Source: Gonapodya sp. JEL0774 (taxonomy: Eukaryota). Taken from it: a stretch of 64,000 nucleotides of DNA. The notes under the pieces are model-generated. The model was given only the letters and a program-made list of their open reading frames with translations. It ran no database searches and was not told where the DNA came from. Each line of letters opens with the position of its first letter. Positions within the stretch are counted from its first letter, which is position 1. This document shows positions 25,998-39,365 of the stretch, piece after piece. The position numbers were made by a program, and so were the translations under genes. The DNA is taken from NCBI GenBank assembly GCA_027604505.1, contig JADIIX010000118.1, positions 1 to 64,000 on the forward strand, read 5' to 3'.

Positions 25998-28182
25998 TCA
26001 AACCCTCGTTTCGTTGTTAACACTGATCCAAAACTATTCAACGAAGCACATGAGCACATCAGTGGCTAATTCGTTGACCCAACGGAACACTACTCACAAG
26101 ACATCGCTCAACGTGCTTTTGGGGTGTCGACTCCACAAAAGACGCAGTCGACGTGTTTGAAGTTCCTTCTTGAATCACAAGACGGTTGAGCGTTTTGTTC
26201 AGGGACGGCCACGAAGGCGAGGTGGAGTACTTGAACGTGCTGGGGTCGGACGATCTTGCGAACGATGTCCAATACGACACAGCTTCAAGATTCAGGGGCT
26301 TTTCTGTAACATTGAACGCGTGGAATACATCTGTTGTCCCAAAAACACAAGCAGATATTGGGTGAACACGCATTTTGGGGGGTTAAATTGGGAGTGAGAC
26401 TCACTTTGGGCTGCTATGGAGGAGACACCGGAGTTTGTTCCATCGAAGAGATAGTAAAGGTCACTAGTATGAAGCACCCTATTCAACGCTTGCTTGTCAG
26501 CTTAAAAGGAATGGCATTCGGTAAGGAGTGAGAATTCACCCTCTGTAAGGATTGGCGGCCACCGCAACGGGGTCTGGGGTGTTCCAGCGATAGTTGAAAG
26601 CGGGAACGCCCGCCTCCAAAGTTTTGTTTGCGACAAACCAGTCCCTGGAACCCACTCGGGGGTGTTGGTGGCGGGCCAACGAGATCACTCGAAAGAGGAG
26701 TAACTCACCAACACTTGAACTGTGTGTCACCGACAAGTTCTTGCGCCATATCGTAGAAGGACGTAAAGTCACTCAAGTTGTAGTAGGTCAACGCCCGGTG
26801 AAACGTCGCATTGGTCAGCCGGGTGTATCGTGAGCTAGTCAATGCTGAGTAAAGACTTGCTTCGTCCGTGACGGACGTTGGAGAGCCAGTAAATGCTGTC
26901 CCATCGTTCGTGGTGTGTCCGGCGAGAATGGGGACCCTGGAGATATAGTTGAGTGTCCACGTTTGTTAAAAATTAATATAGCAACGCCGATACTTACTTT
27001 GCGAACTTTCCCTGCTGCAACAGCCGGCTGGGTATGTCCGGGATTGTCTCCTCGTCAACAATGGGAAGGTACTTGCAGTACGGTTGAGGACGGTGGTTGA
27101 TTGCCGCAATGAGGGTCCCGGCCGATGTTGAGCGCAAACATCCCATGACGTCGGGTGCATCAGAGCACCCCACATAAGTGGTGACGTTTCTGAAACAGTT
27201 TTCGTAGACCTCCGAGACTGGGAACGGATCGTTTCCAATGCTTTGGAGGATCGCAGCATGGAATGGTGGCTTCGCGTTTCCTCCCTTCCACAACAGGTGG
27301 GCCAACACCGACGCACCGCCGGAAGATTCACCCTACCGCCAGAAGCACATGTAAGCACTTCAACCGGGGAGCGCTCTTATCAAGAAATCACTCACTGAAA
27401 TGGTAACACGATCGGGGTCCCCACCAAAAGCCTTAATGTTCCTCTGGATCCAATCCAAGGCCGCGCGTTGATCCAAGAGACCTACGTTCACGCTCCCACT
27501 TTTCAGCAGCTCCGAAGATGCCAAAAACCCAAACAGTCCGAGACGGTACTGAATGTTGACTGCCACGATGTTCCCATTCGTTATGTTGATCCAACTCGAC
27601 ATGGGGAATCCCTGCGCGGACTGTGTGTGGCAATTTGAAAGTTAGGCATTTGGCAGCACTTGGTTGACCTAGACTTACGTTGTAAAAGTTTCCTCCGCCA
27701 TGTATATAAACGAAGACGGGCAACGAGGCATTGCTCGTCACACCGGACGGCCGCCACACGTTCAGCGTCACGCAGTCTTCGACGCCGACACCAACCACTG
27801 CCGGTTGCTGAATGCAGATGGGACCAAAGTTCCTCGCGTCGTGCAGCGGTCTCCAATCCGGCCACCTGTAACTCTCATCAAGTTGGCGAGGTTTTCTCCA
27901 TCGAAGCTCACCCAGCGGTGGTTGGATGTACGGAATACCTCCAAAAAAGTCGACACCGGGCGTGGATTTGCTATCACCGATGAATGCCTGGGCAAGCAAC
28001 TGATTGTCAAACGCAGTTGAATCGCGTCAGGATTTCGGCGCACTCACGGCGTAGCCTAAATCGACGACGGGCCCAAGCTTGCTTGTCAAAGTGGTGGAAG
28101 CGTAGTCAGTTGGGCTCGGCAGGGCGCTCGCCGCGATCCCGGCAAAAAGAACGATTGCTGGTGCTAAGATTGAAACGACCAT
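25998..28182 (-). CDS. Secreted type-B carboxylesterase/lipase (no CBM18)
   Basis: Signal-like [127 protein letters not shown]; last exon [11 protein letters not shown]. Confidence 0.92.
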
Positions 28183-31100
28183 CTTGATTCGCGGTTCATT
28201 TCGAGACGACGCCCACGGTTTCCTTTAGGAAATGCCCCGCATCGTCAGGTAGCCTTGAGGGCTGAAAACAAAAGCCCCCGCCGATCAGTTTTTGGCGGCA
28301 AGGTAGCTCAAACGTTGGGAGACATGCACGAATCTGCAATACCTGGACAAATATCGTGACAGACCGGTACCATCGCGTGCCGGACAAAGAGACTCGAGAG
28401 AGTTTCCGGCTTTATCCGTGGGCCGAGGTCAGTGGAGGGTCCAAGTTTTTCTCACCCAATTGACAGTCTCGTGTCTGGCAGAGCATTTGTTGGTACTTTG
28501 GCGACTTCACCCTGTGAGGGCAAAATCAAACCGTGAAAATGGTAAACTAATTAAGAGGTCTACGACGCCAACTTTTGTTATTTTGAATGGCCACTGCAAC
28601 TGAAGTCGCCCTCCAAAAAACTATTATGATCCAGGAAAGTGAGCCTCACCCTAGTTCTCAAGTACTATTCCCAATCACATGAACAAGGTGCACCACCTAC
28701 AATTGTATTTGTGAAGTAATTGAGTCAAGGAATTGAGTCTACATTGAATGTTGAGTGAACTTTTATAAAGGGCATTCCATGCTTATCTAAATGCAAGAGG
28801 AGAACTTTGGAATCAATATTAGGAGGTCCAAAACAAGAAGTTTTCTCGCTTCGCGCGAATCAAAATTGCGGGTGCTCCAGATATGAGGAAACCATCGAGC
28901 CTTAATCGTGCATATCATTCACCAATACAAGTTCCTCTTTGTTGGAATGATAACACTATATAATGAGGATGTTTTCATAAAAAAGGCTGGGAGAACGGAC
29001 CCAATGAGGTTCTTTCAGGGGTGTGGGTTCAATTGACTCCCCCGAGTTTCGGGATGGATGGAGCGCCCGATTCACAGCATTTTTCACGGCAGAAGTGTGC
29101 AGAAAATTGTTTGATGGCGATTTGGGGGCAGGTGTCGGGATTCGATCGCTCAGTTTCGACACTTCTGATGGAAGGGCAACGATTGGTGGGTCATTTGGCA
29201 AGCCACGCGACGGTGCAGGCGCAGCCATCAAAAATAGGGCGGAGAAGGACTGTCTGTGTCGATTGCCATCGAGTGTGGAAGGCGCGCGCAATTGGTGGAT
29301 GTTTGGTACATAGTGTGCGCCCGAGAGACTGTCTGGTATCTGGAACTTCACATTCAGGGATAACGTCCAGGGATATCTGCCTCACCAAAGACCTGAATAC
29401 TCTGATGTGAGTGGACGACTGGGACGGTGCAGTGCGGCCTCGAGCTATCTTCAAACTCTTGACGTCGTGGACTTGCATTCGATGATCATCCCGGACATCA
29501 ACCTCAACGGATTCTCCGCAGTAAATTTTGAGGAAACCCCCGAGGAAGAAAATATTGACGGCGATATCAAGGTACTGATTGCGGGCACTGCATGTAAGAA
29601 GGCGGTGGGGTCTTCCATGAGTCCACACTACATGAACGAGCGTGGACCAAAAAGGGTGAAGAACATCTGCAACGACCGTCAGAGTACTACTAAATATCGG
29701 TAGTTTCAGTTGAATGCTCACACGATTCAATGTATCTCGCCGCAATTACGCAGATGTCGGCCACCTTCCCCAGAATAGGTACTTAGATGAGATGCTCCCT
29801 ACAAAGTCCATTGGAAAACGCAGAACACAGTACTCTCAAACAAATCCACTATGCTGGTGTGGTGAGCGAGAATGACACCGGGATATTCTGTGACCGAATG
29901 AGGTGGCGAACATTACGACAAAATCGAGGAACGTTGGCTCCGCAAGGGAGGCTTGGAATCATCTGGCTTAACCCGGACATGAATTACATCAAGAAATCGT
30001 GCACCGCGATCACCAAGCATGAAAGGAGTACTCGACAGCCATGGTCTTCAATTCCCAAGCGAGCACTTCCGGCAGCAGTAGAACACTCACAGCCCTGCCC
30101 GCTGAAAAGTCAATACTGGCCTTTTTCGACAGTTTGAAGACCGCTCAACTGCTGATCAACGTGTGTCGGAAAGAATGGCGGTAAGGCGTAAGGGAACGTG
30201 TTGAAACGCAAGGCTGCATTTGCGTATTGGAATACATGTGACGATGTCAAGAAGACAAAGCCCTCTGAGGACATCTCCGGTAATAATGATCGATCGCGGA
30301 CGCTGATTATTGCTTTTGCCTGGGAGCTACGTGTGCCGATGTGTTCGACAAGATTGTGCGGGGGCTGGAAAGTTACGTGACCGCTGTTGTGGCTCACAGC
30401 GGGCTCCTGCCGTGTTTGTGATTGATGATGGTGACCGAGGTGGGTGTGGCCGGGTGGGAGAATGACGAGCAACGATCTGATGGCATCACGACACAGAGGC
30501 AGGAGGAGGATTCGGAGGGTAGGGCGGTCAAAATGAATGCGACAAAGTTGGATTAGGTGGGGGGATCGGTGTGATAATGTGGACTCGGTGTGAGTGAGTG
30601 GTGGGCCGAATAAAGCGAAGGTCAGGGTGGTTGTTTTCTTTTGAGGTTCCGGACAACGAGGGAGGAGACAGAGAAGCAGATCGGCATGATTTTGGTGGCA
30701 CGTTAGTACATGATCGGTGTTGTAAAGTGACGGGAGGTTGAAGGATTTATCGAATCTTTGCAGTAATGGGGGGCGGTGGAGGACGGACGGGCTGTGTACG
30801 ACGAAAATTGCGGTGGCGGAAGCGCTTAAAACGGATTCTTGGTGGCAGCGCAGCTTTGAGAGATTCTGAAGGAGAGGTGGGTTGGGAGCAACCGAGCCTC
30901 CAACGAATACTTCGGTGTTCGTCCCCCATCGATGTTAAATGCCTGATGATAAAAGGTACCCAACTTGTCGGGCATGATGAGGAGATTGAAGATTAGGTTC
31001 CCGAAGCGACAGAGGAAATGTATGTAAATAGAAAGAAAAAGGTAAAAATTGGGGAATCCTCATGGTGCAAAGATGATCGCAAATTTCTCAAACATCAATA

Positions 31101-32658
31101 CCAAACCATCCTACTGTGGAAGAGAAAGAAGAAGCCGACGAGGACGCAGAGATTCGGATGATAACATGGATACGATGAAACTCACCTCTCGCCGGGAGTG
31201 AGCAGCGGATGGCTCCGAATCGAATCTCTGCACTGGATAGTCCATCCGCTCAGGGCATCGGTTCATGAGGACTCGGGAGAGTTGAAGTCGGAAACATTTC
31301 GGAGCAGGAATCCGTGTGCTGCAGCTTCATTGCCTCGGGATGATTTGAACGGCATCGACTACACATGAAGGATCTCGATCGTATCTGGCCTTGATGACCA
31401 TGCCTCAGGTCATTTGCGTGCGTCGGTGTTTCACTTATGCTCGACTGGTCAAGTTTCGTTCTTCTCCGAGTTCGGCAAGGCGCTACAGTCTGCATGAGAA
31501 CAACTGGGCAACTCGCCTCGTTCTGTGTGGGCTTGAGCACAGCACCCTCGTCTCAAAACGATGACGTGTGCATTTGCGATTGAAAGTTGGTTTTGACTAG
31601 GAACGGATTCGTAAAAGAATTTTGTGTCATGACCGAACTTCCTGAGCTCCATTCAGCAATCCCCCCTAAAGCTTTACTGTCTGTCCGGCAGCTCAGCTCA
31701 TGGATGCCTTGTGACTTGCTCCTAAAACGACAGACTGTAGTGCAATGAATAGCTTGGAGACACGGTGGTCGATTTCTGGCTCCTTTTCATTCTCAGGCAT
31801 CCTCCACAGGCGCAGAGCCCCAAGCAAGCTTGATTAAATTACCACTTGTCTTTCATGGCTGGCAGATGGTTGAAAGAGATCCAGCTTTGGATCCACTTTC
31901 TATAGTTCGAATGCAGAAGACCAACCCCAGGACTCTTTCCAAAAGGAGTCGTTCCTTTAATTCCTCAAGAGCATATTGGGCGGCGGTTTTGAGCGATCGC
32001 GTGTAGTGGTTGAATGAATTGAGTCAATGAATTATGGTGAATTTGAAGGAATTTTGTGATGCTTGAGCCACTGGTGCATGTGTTGATCGGTCACGAGGGT
32101 CTCAACACCATCGCAAAAATGAAGCACGAAAGCGAGTATCTCGGCCATCTTGGCAGGAAAGGCCACTATCAGCTGCGCTGTTCTACTTTTGCAAATGTCT
32201 GCCTTGATTGACTCTGATTCCGCCCGTTGTTGCCCTCCTTCTCCTCGTTTGGGTTCGGTGCGCAGCAGTCTCCGCTATTCGCGCCTCAGTCCGCATCAAG
32301 TTTCTCGCACTGATCGTACTATCTGCACTAATCATCCCAAGAGTAAGTCGAGTGCATAATCTCCGAACCAAGCTCTGTTTCTGAGCATTCGCTCACTGGT
32401 CTACAAACTAATTGAACACTGTTCCTGATTACTCCGGCAGTTCTGGGCAACTTCTATCCTGAATGGGATTCCCGTTAGGTTGAACATCGTCAACCTCTTC
32501 GGGAATGTGCTAGAAAGCCTTTCCGCCGTGAGTTTCAGCACATTGGTTATAATTTCGTGCAACAAGTCCGCCATTTATCACAATCGAATATGACATCATT
32601 GAATTCTCAACCCTCTTCTTAGACTATCACTCCTCTTGTTCTCCCTGACTTCGAACTC

Positions 32659-35600
32659 ATGGACATCGATATTGTTGTTGACGCTCGCGGCATGCGTGCC
32701 TCAGTGGTAAGTGCCAGAATCCTGCTGGGTAACTAAAAATAATCTATACAATGAGCGACCTGTCGGAATTCAGGCACTTTTTTTCAGCCAAGTTTTCAAG
32801 ATATGTGCAAGAGTCTTCTCATCCGGTACGGGATATTCTCTTCAAGGTGTGTCTTTTCATTGGAAGCCAAACTGGTGTACATTCTCACACTTTCGTTTCG
32901 GAACTTTACACTCCAGCTTTTCTTAATTTTAGTGGGAGAACCTATAATTCCGCAGCAACTATGGTTGGGTTGCTCCAGTCCTCTGATTTGGGTGAGTTGA
33001 ATCCTGAACGCTCGCGGCAATAGTCTGGAGACTTATCGTCTGCATCCGCAGCTATTGAATTTATTCTTGCTGCGAGTGCAATGGTATTCATCTTGCGAAA
33101 AACATCGAGATCCTTTCCCTCTCCTTCTACGGAGCGTGCACACTCATGCGATGATCGCAACATTTCCGTGAGTTCGCATGCGTTGCCTTAGCTCTGTAAG
33201 CATTGACGTTTATAGTCCCATCCTCCCATCCTCATTCCTCAGGAGACGGTGATTAGACAAATCGTAACCGCAGTGGAACAGTGTCACGCCCGCGAGATTC
33301 AGAAGGCGCGTGCGCAAGATCAAAATTCTTTGGTATGTATTTTCAATGCAAAAGATTCTGGGGCTCGCTTATAGTCTCATTTGATGTCTTCCAGAATTTG
33401 GTATTCCGTTCCATTAATAAGTTAACAGCTGTGGTAGAAGCTGAATCCACAAAGAACTCTCAACATAACGTTTTACAATGCAATAAGTTCCAGGTTTGTC
33501 GGATGTTTCATTTTGATCCTTCTTCACATATCGGCGTTCGGATTGCTCACATTTTGTTGCGCCTCTCCCAACCATTTGCAGAGTCTCGAGAATCGGATTT
33601 CTCATTTAATTGAAGAGATAGAAGAGTTGACGGAAATGGCCAGCCGCGCAGTTATGAGAGAGAACAAGCTTGAGGTAATTATTTCATCCTTCGACAAGTA
33701 GGGCGGCAGTGTGTCATAATGGTCTGTTTTTTCAACCAATCCCTAGGCAAAGTGCGACAGCATATATCGAGAAGTTCGCGACCTAAAAGTAGGATCGGAA
33801 TTCAAATCGGTCAAGACAATGGATCTGTTGGTAGAGCAGGGACAAGCAATCCAAGTGAGCATCTCGAGTAAATTTTTATCACATTTGCTCCATCAATGCC
33901 TACCATGCTTGTTGCTTTCTGCACAGAAAATGGTAGAACGTAATGTTCATTGTGCTGCTGTACAGGAGACCACACTACAAGTGAGTGCAATTGCATTTTG
34001 CAAGACGTCTGGACATGTTTAATAACCACCTATTACAAAAGACCCTTCAAAGTTTACTGCGCCAAGTCGTAGACAATCAAGGCATTGTAGAAAGAGTTCA
34101 GCAAGACGTAGTTGATTGGTCTGTCAAGTCGCAGAGACAATTGGTATGTATTTTACCACCTACAACTCCATGCACAGTGCTATACTCATGTTGACGAATC
34201 CAATTTCTTTTTATCGGATCGCATTGCTCTGTCCAGGCGGAATTACAGGACCAGTTATCCGCCATTTGTATTGGAGGGGACGCATTGCCGGAGACTTTCG
34301 TGGAAAGCTTAAACAAGTCGTTTCATCAACTTGGTTCTAGGGTAGACTCGAGTTTCGCTGCAGTCCAATCTGATTTGGAGTTCGTGAAGAAGACTGTGGA
34401 GGGCCTCAAGATTCGGAGACCGCCTTCAAAATCCCTGAACACCCCACCACAGTCGCCGCCGTCATCTGTGGCGAGTCATGGCACTACTCCCAAGCCTCCA
34501 CCAAAGCACACCCGCATCGTCAACTGTCGCTCCTCTGCTGTACATTCTTCGGTTGGACTGCTCGCTTCACTTCCAAAAATCCCGAACGACTTCTTCAAAG
34601 GGTTCGGTCCGTCTGTTTTCCCAACTCCCTCCACTCTCTTCACAGCGCAGATTTGTGAAAAGGAACCGACTCTTCCTCACAGTCCAAGCTCCAGCATTGA
34701 AGTGTCGCTCTCCAAAAAGTCCAACCCTCGTCGTCGGCGCCTGGGAGCTCATGCCATCAAAGGGACGAACAGCGCCAGCAATAAGCGTGGATCCTCAGGA
34801 ACAACAGTGCGATCCACCTTGGCGCCGTCTACCCGAATCACCACAGAAGCATTGTCTGCAGCAGCTCCCCAAAGCACCCCAACCATGGCAAAGGGCACAA
34901 GCTTTGTCACGGTGGCTGCTGCTTCTCCTACAGAGGTGTCTCCCCTGGAGTCTCCCCGCCCAGAGGAGGACACAGTTCAGGCTACACCATCGGATGTTGT
35001 GACTGCTCCAGCACTCGCAGATGCTTCATTGATCCTGGAAAGTTCCATTACTTTGCTAGTAGAGGCGCCATCCATGACTGGATCCAGCACCTGGGACGCA
35101 ACGTGCAATGGGGTTAGATCGAGTGAAGATTGGACAGCTCTTCCGTTCAGCTCAATGTCTCCCTTGGTGGCTACAACTGACTCAACTTACGTGGAGACGG
35201 TGGTGGAACTATGTCCTGAGGGCATCGCAGCCTTGCAAACACCCGCGATTGCCAACGCAAGCAGTACGCCCCAGGTTGAACAAGAAGAAGCTCCTCCAAT
35301 CATAGAGCCTATTCAATGTGCACCAACTAATAGCCTCCCCATTGATACATTCATGACACACCATGCGGGTGTGTCGAACCTTCAGGCTTTGAGCTCCACC
35401 CTTCCTCCTGTGGCACCTGACCTTTTCCTAGGTGTGGTGGCCCTGCCGTCTCATGCCGGACAATGGTCACTTCGCAACCAAACAAAAACGGCCTCTGGGC
35501 CATGCTTTTCTTCACTGGCAGCTCTCCCACCAGTACCGACCAGCCTTTTCGATGGCTTCGCAAGAACAACCACTACTTCGACGGTCTTCTCACTCCCCAC

Positions 35601-37320
35601 CCCCACTCCAGCTGTCCTGGCAATTCCGAGTGTCATGTCGAGCATCATAGATGAACGAGGCAACACCGATTCATGTGTGCCAAAGGTTGATCCTTCAGTC
35701 AGCACCATGCTGAAAGAGCAACAGGCAAGCAGCTTTATTCTTCCCAGCCTCCTCGTTGTCTCCTCAGAGCCTGTGGACTCTATGCACGATGTTTCTCCTG
35801 GTTTCCCCAGGCTGCCCGGAGATGGCAGAGCCGAATCTGGTCGAGTGGCCCCTGGTGATGGCTCCACTGCAGCTCCTCCATTATGCAGCTCGAAGACCAT
35901 AGGACAATCTGTGCCCCGGGCCAACCAACCTGAGGACATTCAAATGGGGTTTGCGTCAGCACTGGAAGTACCCTTGTCAAATCCAGATGATATGGAAATA
36001 TACCCTGCAAGTATGTCACCGACCTCCAACGCACCATACGGCCACTCGAAGGAGGTGGATTGCCCCGTAGATTTAATGGAAACAATTTCGACAGACGAAT
36101 CACCTTTAGTGGATGTGGAAATGGATGTGAAGCCGCGGGAGACTAAAACAGGAGCAACCTCATCCTCTTCTCCCCAATTTGAGCTAGATCAAGCGAATAT
36201 TGATCGGACAGTGGATACAGCAACACAGGAACAACTTTCGGTGGTATCTCCATCATCTCCTTCTCACGCGCCAACGCTCCTGACAGCAGCTGTGGGATTT
36301 TCGTCTGTTCCAGCAACGTTACTAGGTGACAACATGTCTTTTCAACTTTCGTCAGCAACGCCATCGTCAATTCTCCGTGGCCCCCATTACCCCATCGAAT
36401 GGTCAGTTCCTTCAGATGCGACAGATCATTCCATACCAGCAACGTCCACGGCAAGCGTTGTACCGGTAATGGACGACAGCAGAACCTGTACTTTTGATTT
36501 CAGTTTACCGCGTTTCCTTCCGGGCAACGCGCCTGATACGTCAGTGGCGCCAGTAAAGCCGCCCTCACGGAAGAGTATTTTCGCGCGCAAGTGCAACATA
36601 CGATCTCGAATGGAGATCAGTAACCGAGTACCCGCATTGGCCGGCAAAGTGACTGAGGGCGTGTCAGGAGCTTCCCTGTCGCTTTTGACCTCGGAGAAAG
36701 GTCCATCGCCTTCCGTTGTACAAGTTGGTGATTCTGCACCAGCGCATGTGAGCGACGCTTCACATCTCCATCTGGGCACCAAGGAGAACACCCTACAGCC
36801 CGTTGAATGCGAGCAGGCCCCTGCCGGACCAGCTGCCGCAATCGTCCCCGCTTTGTCACCTGTTGCTCCGAAATCTGCGGTTCTTCCTCAAAACGATTGG
36901 CAGGATCTTTTGGTGGTACCGCGTTATGCAGACGCCACACGCCCAAATCGGCAAACCTCCACCGCGTCACCTCCAGCGAGTTTCCCCGCTCGGTCTTCTT
37001 CGGCACAAACAACCGGTGAGAGTTCGACTGGCTGGGAGGATCTACTCATTGCACCACGGTACGCTGGCGCAAGACCTTCCGGCCAGACCGTTGCCAAAAC
37101 TCGCGGCAGTTCCGGAACGGTGCAGCCATCCCCAGCCACTCGGGACTCCGTGGAGGCAACGTCGGCGCAAAGTGGTCCGACGAAGGAAGAAGGGGCGGGG
37201 GTGGAGATGCTGCGGGAGACGATTTCGGGGCTACTGCGGAGAATTGTGACAGTGGAGCATATGGAGAGAGCTAGAGAGATTCTCAGCGGAGGTCCCGTGA
37301 GTTTCATGTCCCATGGTTGA
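32659..37320 (+). CDS. Large hypothetical protein: coiled-coil-like region from short exons followed by ~1000 aa S/P/T-rich disordered tail; start uncertain
   Basis: 3 kb ORF 34285-37320; upstream short exons with heptad-like text (SLENRISHLIEEIEELTEM, TLQSLLRQVVDNQGIVERVQQ) bounded by GT/AG. Confidence 0.7.
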
Positions 37321-39365
37321 TGTTTATTTCCACATTGATCATACTGATTCACATGTGTTACACACTCTACCTTAATCTATTATAGGTTTCGCCAGCAGAC
37401 AGAAGAAGAGGTGACCGGTATTTCGTAAACAAGGCGACACAAAGTGCTCTGGAGCGATGTCAGACATATATCGGGAAGTTGAAGAAGGGCGCAGTGTACA
37501 ACGCCTGAGGAGATTTGGTTTGTGAAGGGACGAGAGGGCTTGAGAGGGGCAGCATGTTTTGGTTGGTTCTTGATGAGCAAACTTGCGGGTTACCATTATA
37601 TGTGCTGCACACATGTGGGTTTGGTTGCCAATTGATGAAGTTTTCCAAGAATCCCTACTATGCTACGAATATCATATGAGTTTTGATTTGCCGCTCTCGA
37701 AGAAAGAGTGAGTTGCTACACTCATTTTATCCGCCGCCACTGTCGAGGGAGCTCTGGCATCGTGTCACAGTATGACATTGGTATCTTCGTAAAAATCTCT
37801 CGGCTTGTGCGTTTTTCTTGGAAAGCCGAATGAACAAACGCACAAGGGTCACTTGCGCCTGTTGTTTCGTGTTTGTGTCTTGTGTGTCACGCCGATCGCT
37901 GGGGCCTCATTGGTTCTGGCCCCATCCAAACCACGAGACCCCTGATGGACGCTCTCCCCTTCAGTTTTTCAACCGTTTTCCCGCTTTTTTCACCCCGAGA
38001 GACCTTCTATTCCACCGCCCCGCTCCTCTCGAAAGCCGGACCAGTCTTTCCCGTTTCACAGGCCGGACGGGACGGATGTGATCCACATTACTCGTTGCAA
38101 CGCTTCATGCGTTTGTAGAGAGTGTTGTGTCGGAGCGGGAGTTGAGTCGGAGGATTGAGGAGGCGGTAGTCATGGCCTGACACCACCACACGTCCGAGTT
38201 TGTACCGGAGCTTGTGAGACACGCAACTGCTACTGTGGAAGCACTTCGAACTCACGTTTCCGTTTGAGATAGAATCACGGGCTTCAAATGGGTGCAGTTC
38301 GCTCGCGATGGAGTGGGCTGAACGACAAAGCAACCAAAGTTTCGTGATCTTTTCGACGCACATTACTACGCTCTCACTGGTAGCATTGTAGAAGGCAATC
38401 CGGATCACGGGATGTATGTGTTACCATTTTCGATGTCTGAGAGATACAACGAAAGTATCACTACTGACGCCAAAGATCTCTGAACCCTCTCCCCCACTTT
38501 TTATTGACTTACCATTCAGCAGTGGATGTTGTTTAACTTGCTATAATGCGTAGCGCGAGGCGCGTAAACGGGAATGAAGAGTTTCTCCAGATGAAGGGCG
38601 ACGGGGAGTTCTTTGCGACTAAACAAGTAAGTCCGTCTGCCTGGCGATCCATCATTTTGTGGAATTTGGCTTATTCTCCCAGGGTCATGGGCAAACAAAT
38701 TTCTCTCCGAAAGACCCAGGCCGGTCCAAATCGCGCTCAAATGTCTCTTAAGTATCTTCCTTATCATCCCAGGCGCGCTCTTCTTCCCGCTCCGTGTCTG
38801 CTCCAAGACTACCGCACATTCCTTCCAACTCAACATTGAACTTGAAACCACAGGATCAAGATGTAGTAGAACCGCGGTCAGTTTGTGCTCCTCGCTTCCT
38901 TGCTGTGTCAGAGACCAGCGGTGGACCAACGCCGAGCTCCAAGTCCCGGCCACGTCGCCTCTCAACCCCACTAGTTCTGCTCTACACAATGCCGCAAATT
39001 TGGAACTTGCTTTGATGAACTCGGATGCGGCGGCTGTCGCCTGCAGTATTAGAAACTCACAGAGAAGAGCACGTGGTAAAGCGAGAGAACCAACGATACC
39101 TACGCCGTAGAATTGATATTCTATCTATCGTATTCACTTGTTCTGATGCATGGCTCGCTGGGACGGCCGCTGGGTGATGTCAGTGATTTGCTCATCCTGG
39201 TGTCCCGAAAGCGAAACAAACAGGTCTTCATGTACTTCCGATGGATCAAATATATTAGAATCGTGTTCTTGCAAATATGCACTCGTGGCTTCGGAGCACT
39301 ATTTGTTCACAAAATATTCGACTCATGTCGTAACTACTCAAGGATACAAGTAACAGAGGGTTGTC

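Noticed and set aside
28900..32500. Scattered short ORFs on both strands
   Set aside because: No recognisable domain or consistent exon chain.
38516..38521. Cys-TGA followed by a GTAAGT donor as a possible selenocysteine codon
   Set aside because: The next candidate exon stops early in the matching frame; no selenoprotein family motif or SECIS seen.
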